Shown here in pieces: positions 12,957 through 26,208 of a stretch of 63,778 nucleotides of DNA. Each line of letters begins with the position of its first letter. Position 1 is the first letter of the stretch. The translations under genes were made by a program, and so were the position numbers. Below the pieces are notes generated by a model. The model was not told the origin of the DNA. It did no database searches and saw nothing but the letters and a program-made list of their open reading frames with translations. Source of the DNA: Octopus bimaculoides (taxonomy: Eukaryota); assembly GCF_001194135.2 (NCBI RefSeq), contig NC_068999.1:15572288-15636065 (forward strand), given 5' to 3'.

Positions 12957-14809
12957 NNNNNNNNNNNNNNNNNNNNNNNNNNNNNNNNNNNNNNNNNNNN
13001 NNNNNNNNNNNNNNNNNNNNNNNNNNNNNNNNNNNNNNNNNNNNNNNNNNNNNNNNNNNNNNNNNNNNNNNNNNNNNNNNNNNNNNNNNNNNNNNNNNNN
13101 NNNNNNNNNNNNNNNNNNNNNNNNNNNNNNNNNNNNNNNNNNNNNNNNNNNNNNNNNNNNNNNNNNNNNNNNNNNNNNNNNNNNNNNNNNNNNNNNNNNN
13201 NNNNNNNNNNNNNNNNNNNNNNNNNNNNNNNNNNNNNNNNNNNNNNNNNNNNNNNNNNNNNNNNNNNNNNNNNNNNNNNNNNNNNNNNNNNNNNNNNNNN
13301 NNNNNNNNNNNNNNNNNNNNNNNNNNNNNNNNNNNNNNNNNNNNNNNNNNNNNNNNNNNNNNNNNNNNNNNNNNNNNNNNNNNNNNNNNNNNNNNNNNNN
13401 NNNNNNNNNNNNNNNNNNNNNNNNNNNNNNNNNNNNNNNNNNNNNNNNNNNNNNNNNNNNNNNNNNNNNNNNNNNNNNNNNNNNNNNNNNNNNNNNNNNN
13501 NNNNNNNNNNNNNNNNNNNNNNNNNNNNNNNNNNNNNNNNNNNNNNNNNNNNNNNNNNNNNNNNNNNNNNNNNNNNNNNNNNNNNNNNNNNNNNNNNNNN
13601 NNNNNNNNNNNNNNNNNNNNNNNNNNNNNNNNNNNNNNNNNNNNNNNNNNNNNNNNNNNNNNNNNNNNNNNNNNNNNNNNNNNNNNNNNNNNNNNNNNNN
13701 NNNNNNNNNNNNNNNNNNNNNNNNNNNNNNNNNNNNNNNNNNNNNNNNNNNNNNNNNNNNNNNNNNNNNNNNNNNNNNNNATATATATATATATATATAC
13801 GTACAGAGAGATATAGACATGCACAAGGGGAGGGAGAGAGGCAAAAAAGGAGAGACATAAATAGATACATGCTCATATATGGAAACTATAATGTACTTCT
13901 GTGTATTTCATACACATAAGAGTATCAAGAAAACTGTTTGTCTTGGAAGATATTGTACAAAATGCACTGGCAGATGACTTGCTCAATGTGATACGCTTGA
14001 ATCTTTCGATATAAACTGTTAACTATTTGAAGCAGTAAAGTCACTCCAGCAGAACTATATCCTACCACTAACGTGTTGAAGTACTTTTATGCTTTGAAAT
14101 ATTTCTAAGAGAAATTCTAATTGATTATTCTACAATAAACCATTGTGAACAAAGGAATATATAGTAAAAGTGTAATAAAAACATATAACGGAAGCTCATA
14201 AAATGTAAACGCATGTATGAAGGATAAACATGTGCATACTCGAGTATGAAAAACTACAGGAAAGAACGCACATGCACGAAGATGTTTATGCATATGAGCA
14301 AACAGCGTTGGTTAATCTATTATACACTGACACACATACATAAATGCATACATACGTCAGTATGTATTGATATATATTTATATATAATATATAGGTGAGA
14401 ATGTATATGTATGCATAAGTATATATCTCCATATATCCGTATACAGTATATATCCGTATAAAGTNNNNNNNNNNNNNNNNNNNNNNNNNNNNNNNNNNNN
14501 NNNNNNNNNNNNNNNNNNNNNNNNNNNNNNNNNNNNNNNNNNNNNNNNNNNNNNNNNNNNNNNNATCAAAGAAATGGATGCATTCTTGCGTGCGAGCATC
14601 AAGTAATCTCTATTGATAACGGATGAGTTGCTTCATCTTTATTTTTCTTGTGGATTATAAAGTATTTATCACTTGTGTCTTTGAAACCAACCCACCCCCA
14701 TTCGACGAAAAAATAATCTTAAGCATAACATAATTATGAACATAAAGAAACAGAATCAAACGAGAGTAAAATTCGGCAACTATAAAAGCAATGACCAAAC
14801 TATTGGACT

Positions 14810-14825
14810 ATGATAGATAGATAGC

Positions 14826-14870
<45 letters not shown>
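14810..14870. repeat. (GATA)n tetranucleotide microsatellite
   Basis: Direct reading of a near-perfect gatagatagata run. Confidence 0.95.
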
Positions 14871-14871
<1 letters not shown>

Positions 14872-15295
14872 CATCCATACATACATATATACTTACATAC
14901 ATACATCCATTTTTAGTATTATAGAATATGTGTGTGTGTATGTGTGTGTGTGTATTGTTGTTCGTCTGCGTGTGATTGTCTGTATCTATGTCTGTGCCTC
15001 AGTGTGTTATGTAGACATTATATATGAGTTTTCTTTTCCTACACACTCGCACACACACACTTCCATACATAAATACACTCTCGTACTCCTGTGTATACCT
15101 ACAGACCTTTGTATAAATGTAATTTTGTTTATGTGTGTTTTTTAATCTCTTGAAATAGTATCTAAATATGGCTTATATATGCTTCTATGCATATATTTCT
15201 TAAACCGCTTTTTAAACTACATTTTTTTTGAAATGTAGTTCACTTGATATATATTTATAATTTCTTGTAAGTATATAACTATGTCTGTCAGTCTT

Positions 15296-15377
<82 letters not shown>

Positions 15378-16054
15378 CCTATCTATACATACACCTCCGA
15401 AGCTAGATCCTCGTAGGTAATTTATTTTGGAATTTACTCTAATTCATGATAACAATCTGTAATATGACATTTCGAATTGACTCTCCATAATAATTTCCAA
15501 ATATGGAAACGGTATTTCCATACTATATTCTATAAATGTTTTTCAATATATGTAGTTTGGGTTTTTTTTATGCTGAGTTCAATAACCTTGCTTAACCATA
15601 CCCTCTGAATAAGAAAATGCATCAATGATCAGAAGTAAACAATTTAAATGGGGACCACATTTCCATATTAAAAGAATTGGGTACAGTTTATTCATACTGA
15701 ATCCAGTAGGATTCGAACATACTCCGTGATAAGTTTCATTTTCCAAAGATCTGAGAGGCAGAGATATAAGAGAACTTGGATGGAATAAAACTTGCTTTGA
15801 TCCCCTTGGGTAGGGTGTAACTGCAATTCAATCGTCATTATTCTCAGTTAGTATTTCACGCAGATTGTCCCTGAAAATTACTAAAACAATGGCTGCAACT
15901 ATTGAATATTCACTTCGCAGGTTAAATGAAATCAATATCTATAAAATAATATATAATTCAGTAGATCTGAAATTCGTTGATCGAAGCCCCTTGGTATTCA
16001 TGTATGCATATGTACTTCTGTGTATGTTTCGGCGTGAGTGTATGCTATAATTCG

Positions 16055-16223
16055 ACGGTGTGGCTGTGTGGCAAGAAGCTTGCTTCCCAACCTCATAATT
16101 CCAGTGCGAGTTTAATTGCGTGGCACCTTGGGCAAGTGTCTTCTACTATGGCCCTGTGGAACCAACGCCTTCTGTGTGGATTTGGTAGATAGAAATTAAA
16201 TGAAGTCCGTTGTGTGTGTGTAA

Positions 16224-16255
<32 letters not shown>

Positions 16256-16456
16256 TTGTACGTTTCCCACCAACGTTTGACAACTGGTGTCGGTGTGCTT
16301 ATCTCCCCGCTACATAGCGGTTCGGAAAAAGAAATCGACAGAATAAGCACAAGGCTAAATAAACAAAAGTAGTGGGTTCGTTTCATTCCACTAAAAATTC
16401 TTCGAAGCGGTGCCCCTGAATGCTCGCAGTTTTAATGTTTGAAACGTGTAAAAGAT
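16055..16456 (+). mobile_element. SINE family B, near full length
   Basis: Head ggtgtggctgtgtggcaagaagcttgcttcccaacc (tRNA-like), then gcgtggcaccttgggcaagtgtcttctactat, an internal (TG)n tract, and tail ...gaaacgtgtaaaagat. Confidence 0.88.
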
Positions 16457-18210
16457 CAACGAAGAAATATGTAAACGATAGGAAAGTCGATGAAAGTGCT
16501 TTTGAATTACAAATATCATGTAATGTTTATTTCGTCCAAGTTTTACTTTCACAAATGCTATGAAGCAATAGTTGATCCATCGGTACCTATATGCAATGAA
16601 TCATTTGCACACATATTATGATACGAAATATAAAAGATATACGGATTTAAGTTAAAAGCTTGTTGCAGTCTTCAGTACTACGGGGACTATTTCTTACTCT
16701 GTGTCTTCAGAGTATCTGAGAGAAATTAAAAATATGAATATTATAATTTAAATGAAGATAGCTGAATGACAGTTCTTCATCAAATTCCAATCATGCAATT
16801 TAATTAGGTTTAGGATTAAAACCTCTCCATGCTTGACTACCTCATTCATCTGTTTGTTTATTTTGTTTAGGTGTAGTATATTTAGGTATATACTATCCAG
16901 CGAGTCTTCTTTTATGAAAGACAGGATGGTTATATAAAGGGTGTATTTAACTATCGGTTATATTGAGTCGAGTGGTAGAAGGTTAAATTTTTTGTCTTAC
17001 TGTGTTATGAAAAAAATGTTTGCTTAAATCTCCTGTGTCCTGTTGTTAAGATATCGTTTTTGTATACCAGCTTCGATGTGAAGTAACCAATAAATATTCA
17101 TTTATTCAGAATCAGAAATGCATTCGAACGTTGAATCCCCAGGGAACATTCATAATTACTCTGCAATAGTTAGAGTTCACGTTTCTGTTATCTCTATTTA
17201 TATCTGATGCCCAGTTAACACTGATGTTGCTGGTCTGAAAACAATTTAGAAGTAATCTATACAAGCTGAAGCAGAATATATCCCTATAAATATACCAATT
17301 GTTTGTAATAATGCCATTTAATCACTTTAGTACTTCGAACACACAAATATCTAAAACTGCTATCCACATTCGGTAAATTTTCACAGTATAAAGCCTTTGT
17401 AAGAAATCCCATTAACACATATTTTCTCACTTTTCTCTATATAACAAGTTTATGCTAATATAATGTTAAATCTCATTGCCAACTTCATCAATCATTCTGA
17501 AAACTCGGCGTACGCCTATCTTATATTTCTACCAATATTAATAATGCTATAAAGCATACATTATCTCTTTTCTCTAGCATCGGTACCTCATAAAACTTGT
17601 CTGCAGCTTGTGTATTTTGGCAGAGAATAAGATATATATATGTGTGTGTGTGTAAGTGTGCACGCGTGTATATATATATATATATATATATATATNNNNN
17701 NNNNNNNNNNNNNNNNNNNNNNNNNNNNNNNNNNNNNNNNNNNNNNNNNNNNNNNNNNNNNNNNNNNNNNNNNNNNNNNNNNNNNNNNNNNNNNNNNNNN
17801 NNNNNNNNNNNNNNNNNNNNNNNNNNNNNNNNNNNNNNNNNNNNNNNNNNNNNNNNNNNNNNNNNNNNNNNNNNNNNNNNNNNNNNNNNNNNNNNNNNNN
17901 NNNNNNNNNNNNNNNNNNNNNNNNNNNNNNNNNNNNNNNNNNNNNNNNNNNNNNNNNNNNNNNNNNNNNNNNNNNNNNNNNNNNNNNNNNNNNNNNNNNN
18001 NNNNNNNNNNNNNNNNNNNNNNNNNNNNNNNNNNNNNNNNNNNNNNNNNNNNNNNNNNNNNNNNNNNNNNNNNNNNNNNNNNNNNNNNNNNNNNNNNNNN
18101 NNNNNNNNNNNNNNNNNNNNNNNNNNNNNNNNNNNNNNNNNNNNNNNNNNNNNNNNNNNNNNNNNNNNNNNNNNNNNNNNNNNNNNNNNNNNNNNNNNNN
18201 NNNNNNNNNN

Positions 18211-18299
<89 letters not shown>

Positions 18300-19484
18300 C
18301 GTGTATGTATGTATGAATATCGAAAAATACATACAATGTAGATAAAATATAATAATATTCTCAGAGTGGATTTTACACTAAAATCTATTGTAGATTCATT
18401 TAGCTGACAGTTATTTCCAAGCTACAAAAACTACAGGGAGATATAGTTTATGGTCAAGTCTTTTAAAATCTGGTTGCTGTAAGTAAGCTTGACGTAAATT
18501 TGCAATGCTTGCTTGCACAGTACAGACTGTGAGCCAAGGTAAATGGCATTGATAAAATGAAATGTGATGGTACTAGCCATTCCTGAATAAGTATTTTGTA
18601 ATCAATTTGGTGTTCATGTTTAGTCGTAGATGAATCCTAATCGAGGAGTAAGTGCATTTTAGTTATGGCCATTTTTTTGTTTTAGATGTCCGATGTTCTA
18701 CATTAACTTACGTGTCATGCATGTTGCAACTTTTAAAGACATTTCGTTATAACGTCTATGAGGTCGTTCGTTCATCCATTGAGACGTATTCTTGTTGCTA
18801 AGTACCTGCTGGTATCGTCAGTGCTTTTTCTGTAGTATTTACTTTTACGAAAGACAAAGATCTATGTTTCAGCAGTTGCATGCCGACTCCAATTTCTCCT
18901 TAACTGTTCGCAGTAATTTTCCTGCAAATGTACCCACGTACTTATAATAGAAATAAATTTTTGTAATGATCGGTTTTAGAATTATTGTGTGAGAAAATCG
19001 GAAAAAAACCGAGGTGATACATTGTGCCTATTTATGATACTTGTTTAAATTTTGTGTGTGTAACATTCTAAAATACAGAACTGGAAAATGCAAGATATCG
19101 TGCACATAAATTGCTATTTATAATTTCAATGGAGAAAATTATTTATAACATGCAAAGAATTTCACTAATTCTTATGGAATTAGTGAAACTCCAGTTGTTG
19201 AGTTATAATTAAAGTTATTCAAAACAAGCATGAACATTTTCGATGCGCTAACAGGTCACTTTGTAGACTTTGATTCTGACAATGCATCACCTTAATCTGT
19301 AAATGACAAAATTCGATAAATTTGTGAAAAGTGTTAGTCTTTTAAAATCTTCTCTGTTACTTGATTTGTAAATATCTAACAGACAACGGTTAATGTGTCC
19401 TCTGCATGATGTGAAATCAAGAAACAGAGATCTAGAAGAAATACCAACTTTGCAAATCAACGTCTCTCGATATAAAGGTTTGGG

Positions 19485-19570
19485 TTAGGGTTTGGTTGTG
19501 TGGCAAAGGCACACCTCCAAACATCGATCCCAGTGTTCGACTGTTACTTATTCTATCGATCTGAAAAGTA
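19485..19570 (-). mobile_element. SINE family A, short degenerate 3' fragment
   Basis: atcgatcccagtgttcgactgttacttattctatcgatctgaaaag resembles atcgaccccagtgcgtaactggtacttatttaatcgaccccgaaagg in the 3636 copy. Confidence 0.55.
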
Positions 19571-20391
19571 CACCTAGGTCTCTGATATTATTAGATGCTG
19601 TGAGCGGTTCCCCTGGAGGAAGAGAGTACAGACTTTCTTCCAAAATACATCAGCTCAAATTTTCCCTCGTTTAGTTGCATTTTGTTTTTGTCTACCCATT
19701 GACTCACAGAATATAGAGTTCGGTCTTCTTCTTCATTGATGATTTTCTGGAGCATAGTGTCATATATTTTCTTAAAAGTGATAATATTAGCTTCAGTTTA
19801 CATCAAGCAGAAGGAATGCCTAGGAATTGTTGCTAGACTTCTTTTGCTCTTTAACATACTTATTTTTTTCTAAACGTACTTATCCTAAAATAACTTGATT
19901 TGTTGTTTCTTTACGATCTCTTCATCGGTTAAAATTATCCGAGACATCAATTTGAATATTTTTCATCATCTGATGCTAGCAGGAGAATGTCATTTCTCAT
20001 ATTTTCAACGTAATGTCCGCAGTTGTAGATTTTTGTAAACAATCTTTGCTAGTCGTTCTACATTGATGAAATATGGAGCGTGTAAATCAAAACCATTTCC
20101 TACGAATCATGGTTTCCCGTGTATTTTCAATACTAGCTATGCATTATGATTCTGTTTAATAATTCGAAAATACGAATTACGTTGGAAAGAGAAAATTATC
20201 AAGATATTTTATCTTGTTCCGATTAAGAAATACTATATTAAATCTATTAGTTCTCTGTCATATAATTATGTGAAACTATATTATTTATATCATAATATAA
20301 TTGATCCTATTCCACCTCCTCTTTCTCCTGCATCATCATCATCATCATCATCATCACCGCTATTGTCGTTAAAATTATGGCTTTTATCGCT

Positions 20392-20598
20392 ATTCTTTTA
20401 TTCTATTACTTGTTTCAGTCGTTTGACTGCGGCCATGGTGGAGAACCACCTTTAGTCGAACAAATCGACCCCAGGATTTATTCTTTGTTGTATGCTTAGT
20501 ACTTATTCTAATGGTCTCTTTTGTCGAGCCGCTAAGTTACGGGAGGTCAACACACCAACATTGGTTGTCAAGCGATGGTGGGAGACAAACAAGGAAAC

Positions 20599-20634
<36 letters not shown>

Positions 20635-20774
20635 GACGGGCTTGTTTCAGTTTCCGTCTACCAAATTCATTCACAAGACTTTGGTCGGTTCTAAGCTATA
20701 GTAGAAAGACGCTTGCCTAAGTTGCCACGCAGTGGGACTGTACTCGGAAACATGTGGTTGGGAAGCCTGCGCCT
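20392..20774 (-). mobile_element. SINE family B, near full length
   Basis: acttgtttcagtcgtttgactgcggccatgg...gctatagtagaagacgcttgcctaagttgccacgcagtgggactgtactcggaaacatgtggttgggaagc; includes the B-box-like region and an internal (TA)n tract. Confidence 0.9.
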
Positions 20775-20784
20775 ATGTTTAAGA

Positions 20785-20892
20785 TATCTTTTTATCACTG
20801 GTTTCAAATTTTGACAGAAGCCCAGCATTTCGGCGCTTGTCGGTAAGTCGGTTACATCGACCCCAGTGCTAATTATTCTGCCAGCTCGGCAC
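20785..20892 (-). mobile_element. SINE family A, internally deleted copy (head fused to tail)
   Basis: Minus strand reads gagctggcagaat joined directly to agcactggggtcgatgtaaccgacttacc...aaatttgaaaccagt. Confidence 0.65.
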
Positions 20893-21029
20893 TCTTCAAA
20901 AAGCCAATGGAGTTTTGAAATATTATTCCCCTCAGAAAATGCTGAATTGTTAATAAGTAACAACAAAAGCATTAACGAATCAATAACAAGACGTGAATAT
21001 TATTACAGCACGTATTAAAGCGACACTAT

Positions 21030-21220
21030 GTGGGGCAAAATGTTTAAGCAGGATTTCGTTCTTCTTTAAGTTTTGAGCTGAAATCCCATCGAGTTTGAGA
21101 TTCGCCATTCATCCTTTCCTTATCTATGAAGTGAGTAACAGTTGGACAGTCGGGGTTAATATAAGCGACTCTTACCTCCCAAAACATTTGAGGACTTGTG
21201 CCTATTGTAGAATGAATTAT
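21030..21220 (+). mobile_element. SINE family A, degenerate copy
   Basis: ggcaaaatgtttaagcaggatttcgtt...gagctgaaatccc..gag...ttcgccattcatcctttc...ggggttaatataagcgact. Confidence 0.6.
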
Positions 21221-21289
21221 TTTGGTTCATATTATTAATGAGGCAAGTAAAATACATGGCAGTATTTCTTTTGTGTTTTCATTTGAAAT

Positions 21290-21420
21290 ACCACCGAGGT
21301 CAACTCTGCATTTCCTTCTCCCGGAAACGATGAAATAACGAACTGTTCAAGTCCTGGGGTCATTGTAATGGAATAACCCTCCCACTAAAATTGCTGTCCT
21401 TGTACCAAAATTAGAAAAAC
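21290..21420 (+). mobile_element. SINE family A, 3' half
   Basis: ccaccgaggtcaactctgcattt...ctggggtcattgtaatggaataaccctccc...aaattgctgtccttgtaccaaaattagaaa. Confidence 0.6.
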
Positions 21421-24400
21421 TTATTTGCTACAATACTCTCATTTTTCCACATTGATTTTGTGATTGCTTTTCAAGTAATTCATGCTGGTCAACTATCACT
21501 AATTCATGTTATATGTATTTCTAAATATATTTTGCTTAAGAATATTGTTTTGTTTTATATATTCTCTTTTTCTATGTGGGATTATGAAATATTCATTTAG
21601 TATATGATCTGTTAACCGTCAAATAGTATTGTTAAACCTAACAATTTTATTTATATATCAAATTATGAGATACAATAATGTCTCCCTTGAGAATATATAT
21701 TACAAACTATTATGTTAACCAAACATAGTACACATCATTTCTTTTTTTTTTTGTTTTTCGTGTGCTTCCAACGAATGAATTTATCAGAAAAATTTCCTAA
21801 AGATCAGTTATTTTAGCTACGTAAAATGGATTAAACAATTTACCAATAAATAAATAGCTAAACAAATATATAAATAAAATAAATTGTTTGAAAAAAACTT
21901 CTTTTTCTATTTTGAACAACCAAATATTTTCTATGAAATTTCGAATGTATTTAATGAACAGATGACAAATGATATAAAATTCTAAATGCTGATTTCTGAT
22001 AGTATTTTAAGGCGTAAATTAATTACATTCCTGAATTGAAATTTATTTCTATGCCTAGAAAATGTAGCAATTAACAAACTCTGTCAGTAGTGAAAACATT
22101 TTAATTTGAGTTAGAAAATAAATGATTTCATCGAAAAGAGATTAGGATAGATGTTGCTGAATTCGAAAGAAGAGTCAATAGGTACGCAGAAGAGCTTTGC
22201 AACAAGGTACAAAATTTGATGTAACATCTATGTCTAGCCATATGTGTCTCGAGCCTAAAGAAACTACAATTAGCAGTGAAGAATAGGGAAACGATAACCA
22301 GTTTTATGCGTTTGGTGTTTGAATATTTGTGTTGATCTATTTCCCTGGAAAGTCTACATGGTGTTATGGTCAGTGATTCAAGTATTTTGTCTTACAGGAA
22401 AAGTTTAAACGCTGTTAATCTGCAAAGGGTCCATGAGTAAAAATAACAGCAGATCTATAACGTTATTTACAAATGTAAATTTATGCTTTTGTACAATTCA
22501 GTATCAATAAACTAATGTTTGAAAAAGAAAGGACTAATATGAGAACTGAATGGGAATATTGAAAAGTGAGCTTGTAACTATGACTGGTTCATATACATCA
22601 TGCGGTGTACACTATAGAAGCCTCTTTGTCAGTGTGTTGTCATTGATCTCAAAGCAATTAATACTGTTGACAAATGTACTTGTCATTTATAGAACCGACA
22701 CAACATATAAGTATGTGAGCATAATGTGTGAGATTGAGTATATATATGTTGTCTATGAGTACAGACTGCAATTTGCATATTGAAGTTGCGTGAAACTTCA
22801 GTTGTACAAGTAGCTAGAGCGTAACAAATAACATCAACTCCAGTTTCCGGTTGAAAAGTTTTTGTTTTACAATGCAGCTGTGTTTTTCCTTGTTTCCGTC
22901 CGCCGTCTCTTATGCAATTCCATCGATCATTGATGCTTAGATGTTAGAGAAAGCAACTTGTAAATAGTGTGTCGATAACATATTTCAAACTTCCATACAA
23001 ATTGATTATAGAGCGGCAGTGGTGCGTTAATGTGTTACCCATAGACACGTTTCTGCAGATGTGCCGGAACAAAAGGGAAACGAATAGCAGATAAGTTTAA
23101 TTTGAAATGTCAAATTAATGAAAAGGGAGTAATCAGACGACTGATACTCCGCTGTATGTATTTAGAATGACATTACCAAATTACATCCGATGTTAAAATG
23201 TCTGTCGTATAATATACCTTCGGGGAAATGCATATAGTCAATTTATCTTACCAGTGCAAACAAAGACTACACCGTATTAATATAGAGGTAGATATTTAAT
23301 ATAAATACTTAATGATAAAATTAACTAAGCGTAATGTTTGCAAATGAGAGTGATAATCAGCAGAAACGAAAGAATGAGGAGACCCGGTAACAATATTCCA
23401 AAGGAAAATCAGACACTTAAACTTTAGAGATTATTCAATGCTTTCTGCTAATATAAATACAAAAGTATTAATACAAAAGGATAATTAATTTCCAGAATTA
23501 TTTAACATATCGCACGAATTGCTAAATTCATAATAAACATTGGAGTTAGAGAATTGTCTAGGCATATGAAAGTGATTGAAATTGTTGTAGCTAAAAGAAA
23601 ACTTGTGCATGTGTATGCCTGTTTGTGTATATGTGTGTGTTCGTGTGTACAAATATATATTTATAGAAGCAAATTCAACATATGTGTGTGTGTACATATA
23701 CATAATTATGTACATATATATATTTATATCTCGTGNNNNNNNNNNNNNNNNNNNNNNNNNNNNNNNNNNNNNNNNNNNNNNNNNNNNNNNNNNNNNNNNN
23801 NNNNNNNNNNNNNNNNNNNNNNNNNNNNNNNNNNNNNNNNNNNNNNNNNNNNNNNNNNNNNNNNNNNNNNNNNNNNNNNNNNNNNNNNNNNNNNNNNNNN
23901 NNNNNNNNNNNNNNNNNNNNNNNNNNNNNNNNNNNNNNNNNNNNNNNNNNNNNNNNNNNNNNNNNNNNNNNNNNNNNNNNNNNNNNNNNNNNNNNNNNNN
24001 NNNNNNNNNNNNNNNNNNNNNNNNNNNNNNNNNNNNNNNNNNNNNNNNNNNNNNNNNNNNNNNNNNNNNNNNNNNNNNNNNNNNNNNNNNNNNNNNNNNN
24101 NNNNNNNNNNNNNNNNNNNNNNNNNNNNNNNNNNNNNNNNNNNNNNNNNNNNNNNNNNNNNNNNNNNNNNNNNNNNNNNNNNNNNNNNNNNNNNNNNNNN
24201 NNNNNNNNNNNNNNNNNNNNNNNNNNNNNNNNNNNNNNNNNNNNNNNNNNNNNNNNNNNNNNNNNNNNNNNNNNNNNNNNNNNNNNNNNNNNNNNNNNNN
24301 NNNNNNNNNNNNNNNNNNNNNNNNNNNNNNNNNNNNNNNNNNNNNNNNNNNNNNNNNNNNNNNNNNNNNNNNNNNNNNNNNNNNNNNNNNNNNNNNNNNN

Positions 24401-25114
24401 NNNNNNNNNNNNNNNNNNNNNNNNNNNNNNNNNNNNNNNNNNNNNNNNNNNNNNNNNNNNNNNNNNNNNNNNNNNNNNNNNNNNNNNNNNNNNNNNNNNN
24501 NNNNNNNNNNNNNNNNNNNNNNNNNNNNNNNNNNNNNNNNNNNNNNNNNNNNNNNNNNNNNNNNNNNNNNNNNNNNNNNNNNNNNNNATATATATATATA
24601 TATACATATATATGCACACGCTCACATAATGAAAGGAATATTTATCGAAATTATATCTTCACAATTTATTACACCAATCCATCAAATTGGCGGCGAATTA
24701 AAACAAGACGAATTTGTATATACAAACACTGATATATATTTATACACTTAAGAGCACCTATCGTACTTAGTGAAGTTTACATTCACAATATACGCATATG
24801 AAATATCGAACAAGGATATTGGGAATACGTTTTATTGCTTAGGATATCTAATGGTAATATCTCGGATCTTATCATATATATAGGAAAGGAATATCACTGC
24901 GATGTATATAGATAATTGAGATAAAATGCTTAATACAAACGTTAGCAACACCGCAAGGAAATACAAGTGTGTCATGCCTATACATTTATGTTCTCTACAA
25001 AATTTTTCTTTCATATAAAGGAGATAATAAATCAGTCAAGACATGAATACAAAAATTTCATTATAACATTTCTCAATGGTACTGCAAACGTACATACATG
25101 GCATTATAAATTTA

Positions 25115-25437
25115 CGCAGGCGTGGCAAGAAGCTTGCTTCCCAACCACTGCATGGCATCTTCTTTAAGCGACTTCAGCTATAGTCCCGGGTCGTCCAAAG
25201 CCTTGTGAGTTGATTTGGTAGATGGAAACTGAAAAGAAGCCTGCCGTATATATATATTTATGTGCGTCTATCTGCCTGTGTTTACACACCCTCCACCGTT
25301 TGACCACCAGTGTTAGTGCGTTTACGTCACTCGGCAAAAGAAACGCTGGAATAAGTATCAGACTGGACAAAACATCATCAAGGCTGTAACCCCAGCATGG
25401 CCGCGATCTACTGGCTGAAACAAGTAAAAGATAAAAG
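25115..25437 (+). mobile_element. SINE family B, degenerate copy
   Basis: gcaggcgtggcaagaagcttgcttcccaaccac...gctatagtcccgggtcgtccaaagccttgtgagttgatttggtagatggaaactgaaaagaagcc...ccccagcatggccgc...gaaacaagtaaaagataaaag. Confidence 0.85.
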
Positions 25438-26111
25438 GCTGTCTCACACACACACATACACACATGCACGTATAATGTTACTTGCGAGGCCTGTTGTGAG
25501 TTTTACTGCTAATGGTAGAATGCAAATCAGTACAACCTGGTACATGGTTGGTTCGTCGTTGATTAAACCGACACTAGTCTTGCCTGCTGAGGAGGGTTGC
25601 TAGAAACCCAGCAGGACTAAAAACAAGAGCTGTTAAAAAGCCGGGTTAACTTAGTGTACCTTCAACGGGTTGGTGTCCGGAATGTTGACAACCACTGGAA
25701 GTGATGCAGCTCTCAGCTTTTGTTAAAGCAAGCCTCATGGAGAAGTCCATTCTGATATAAAACCAGATATTAAGGAACGGCATGGGACATTTTGGTTGCG
25801 CCTGAAATCATGGCAGTCCGACATACCTGACTCTGTGGCCTCTATTAGGAGAGAATGTCTTGTCCTAGCTTGTCAGGAGGGTGGGAAAGATGTGTCAGGT
25901 AATGTGCAAGCTTTATTTGATTAAAAGTTTAGGTCAGGCAATCAACTGCGGAACAACTTCCCATTGACCAGTGGAGTAGGGGTAGGGCGCCACAGGCTCG
26001 AACTCGGATGAAGCAGATGCAATGACCTCATCTTCAGGCATTGTTAGCATTTGCATGGTCAATGGTCAGTGGTGTTCTTTCTGGGTCACAAGTAGGCTGA
26101 AATTATATATA

Positions 26112-26156
<45 letters not shown>

Positions 26157-26175
26157 GACATATATATATATATAA

Positions 26176-26208
<33 letters not shown>

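Noticed and set aside
18795-18825. Minus-strand CTGACGA-TACC-agca-GGTA
   Set aside because: No GAAA follows helix II.
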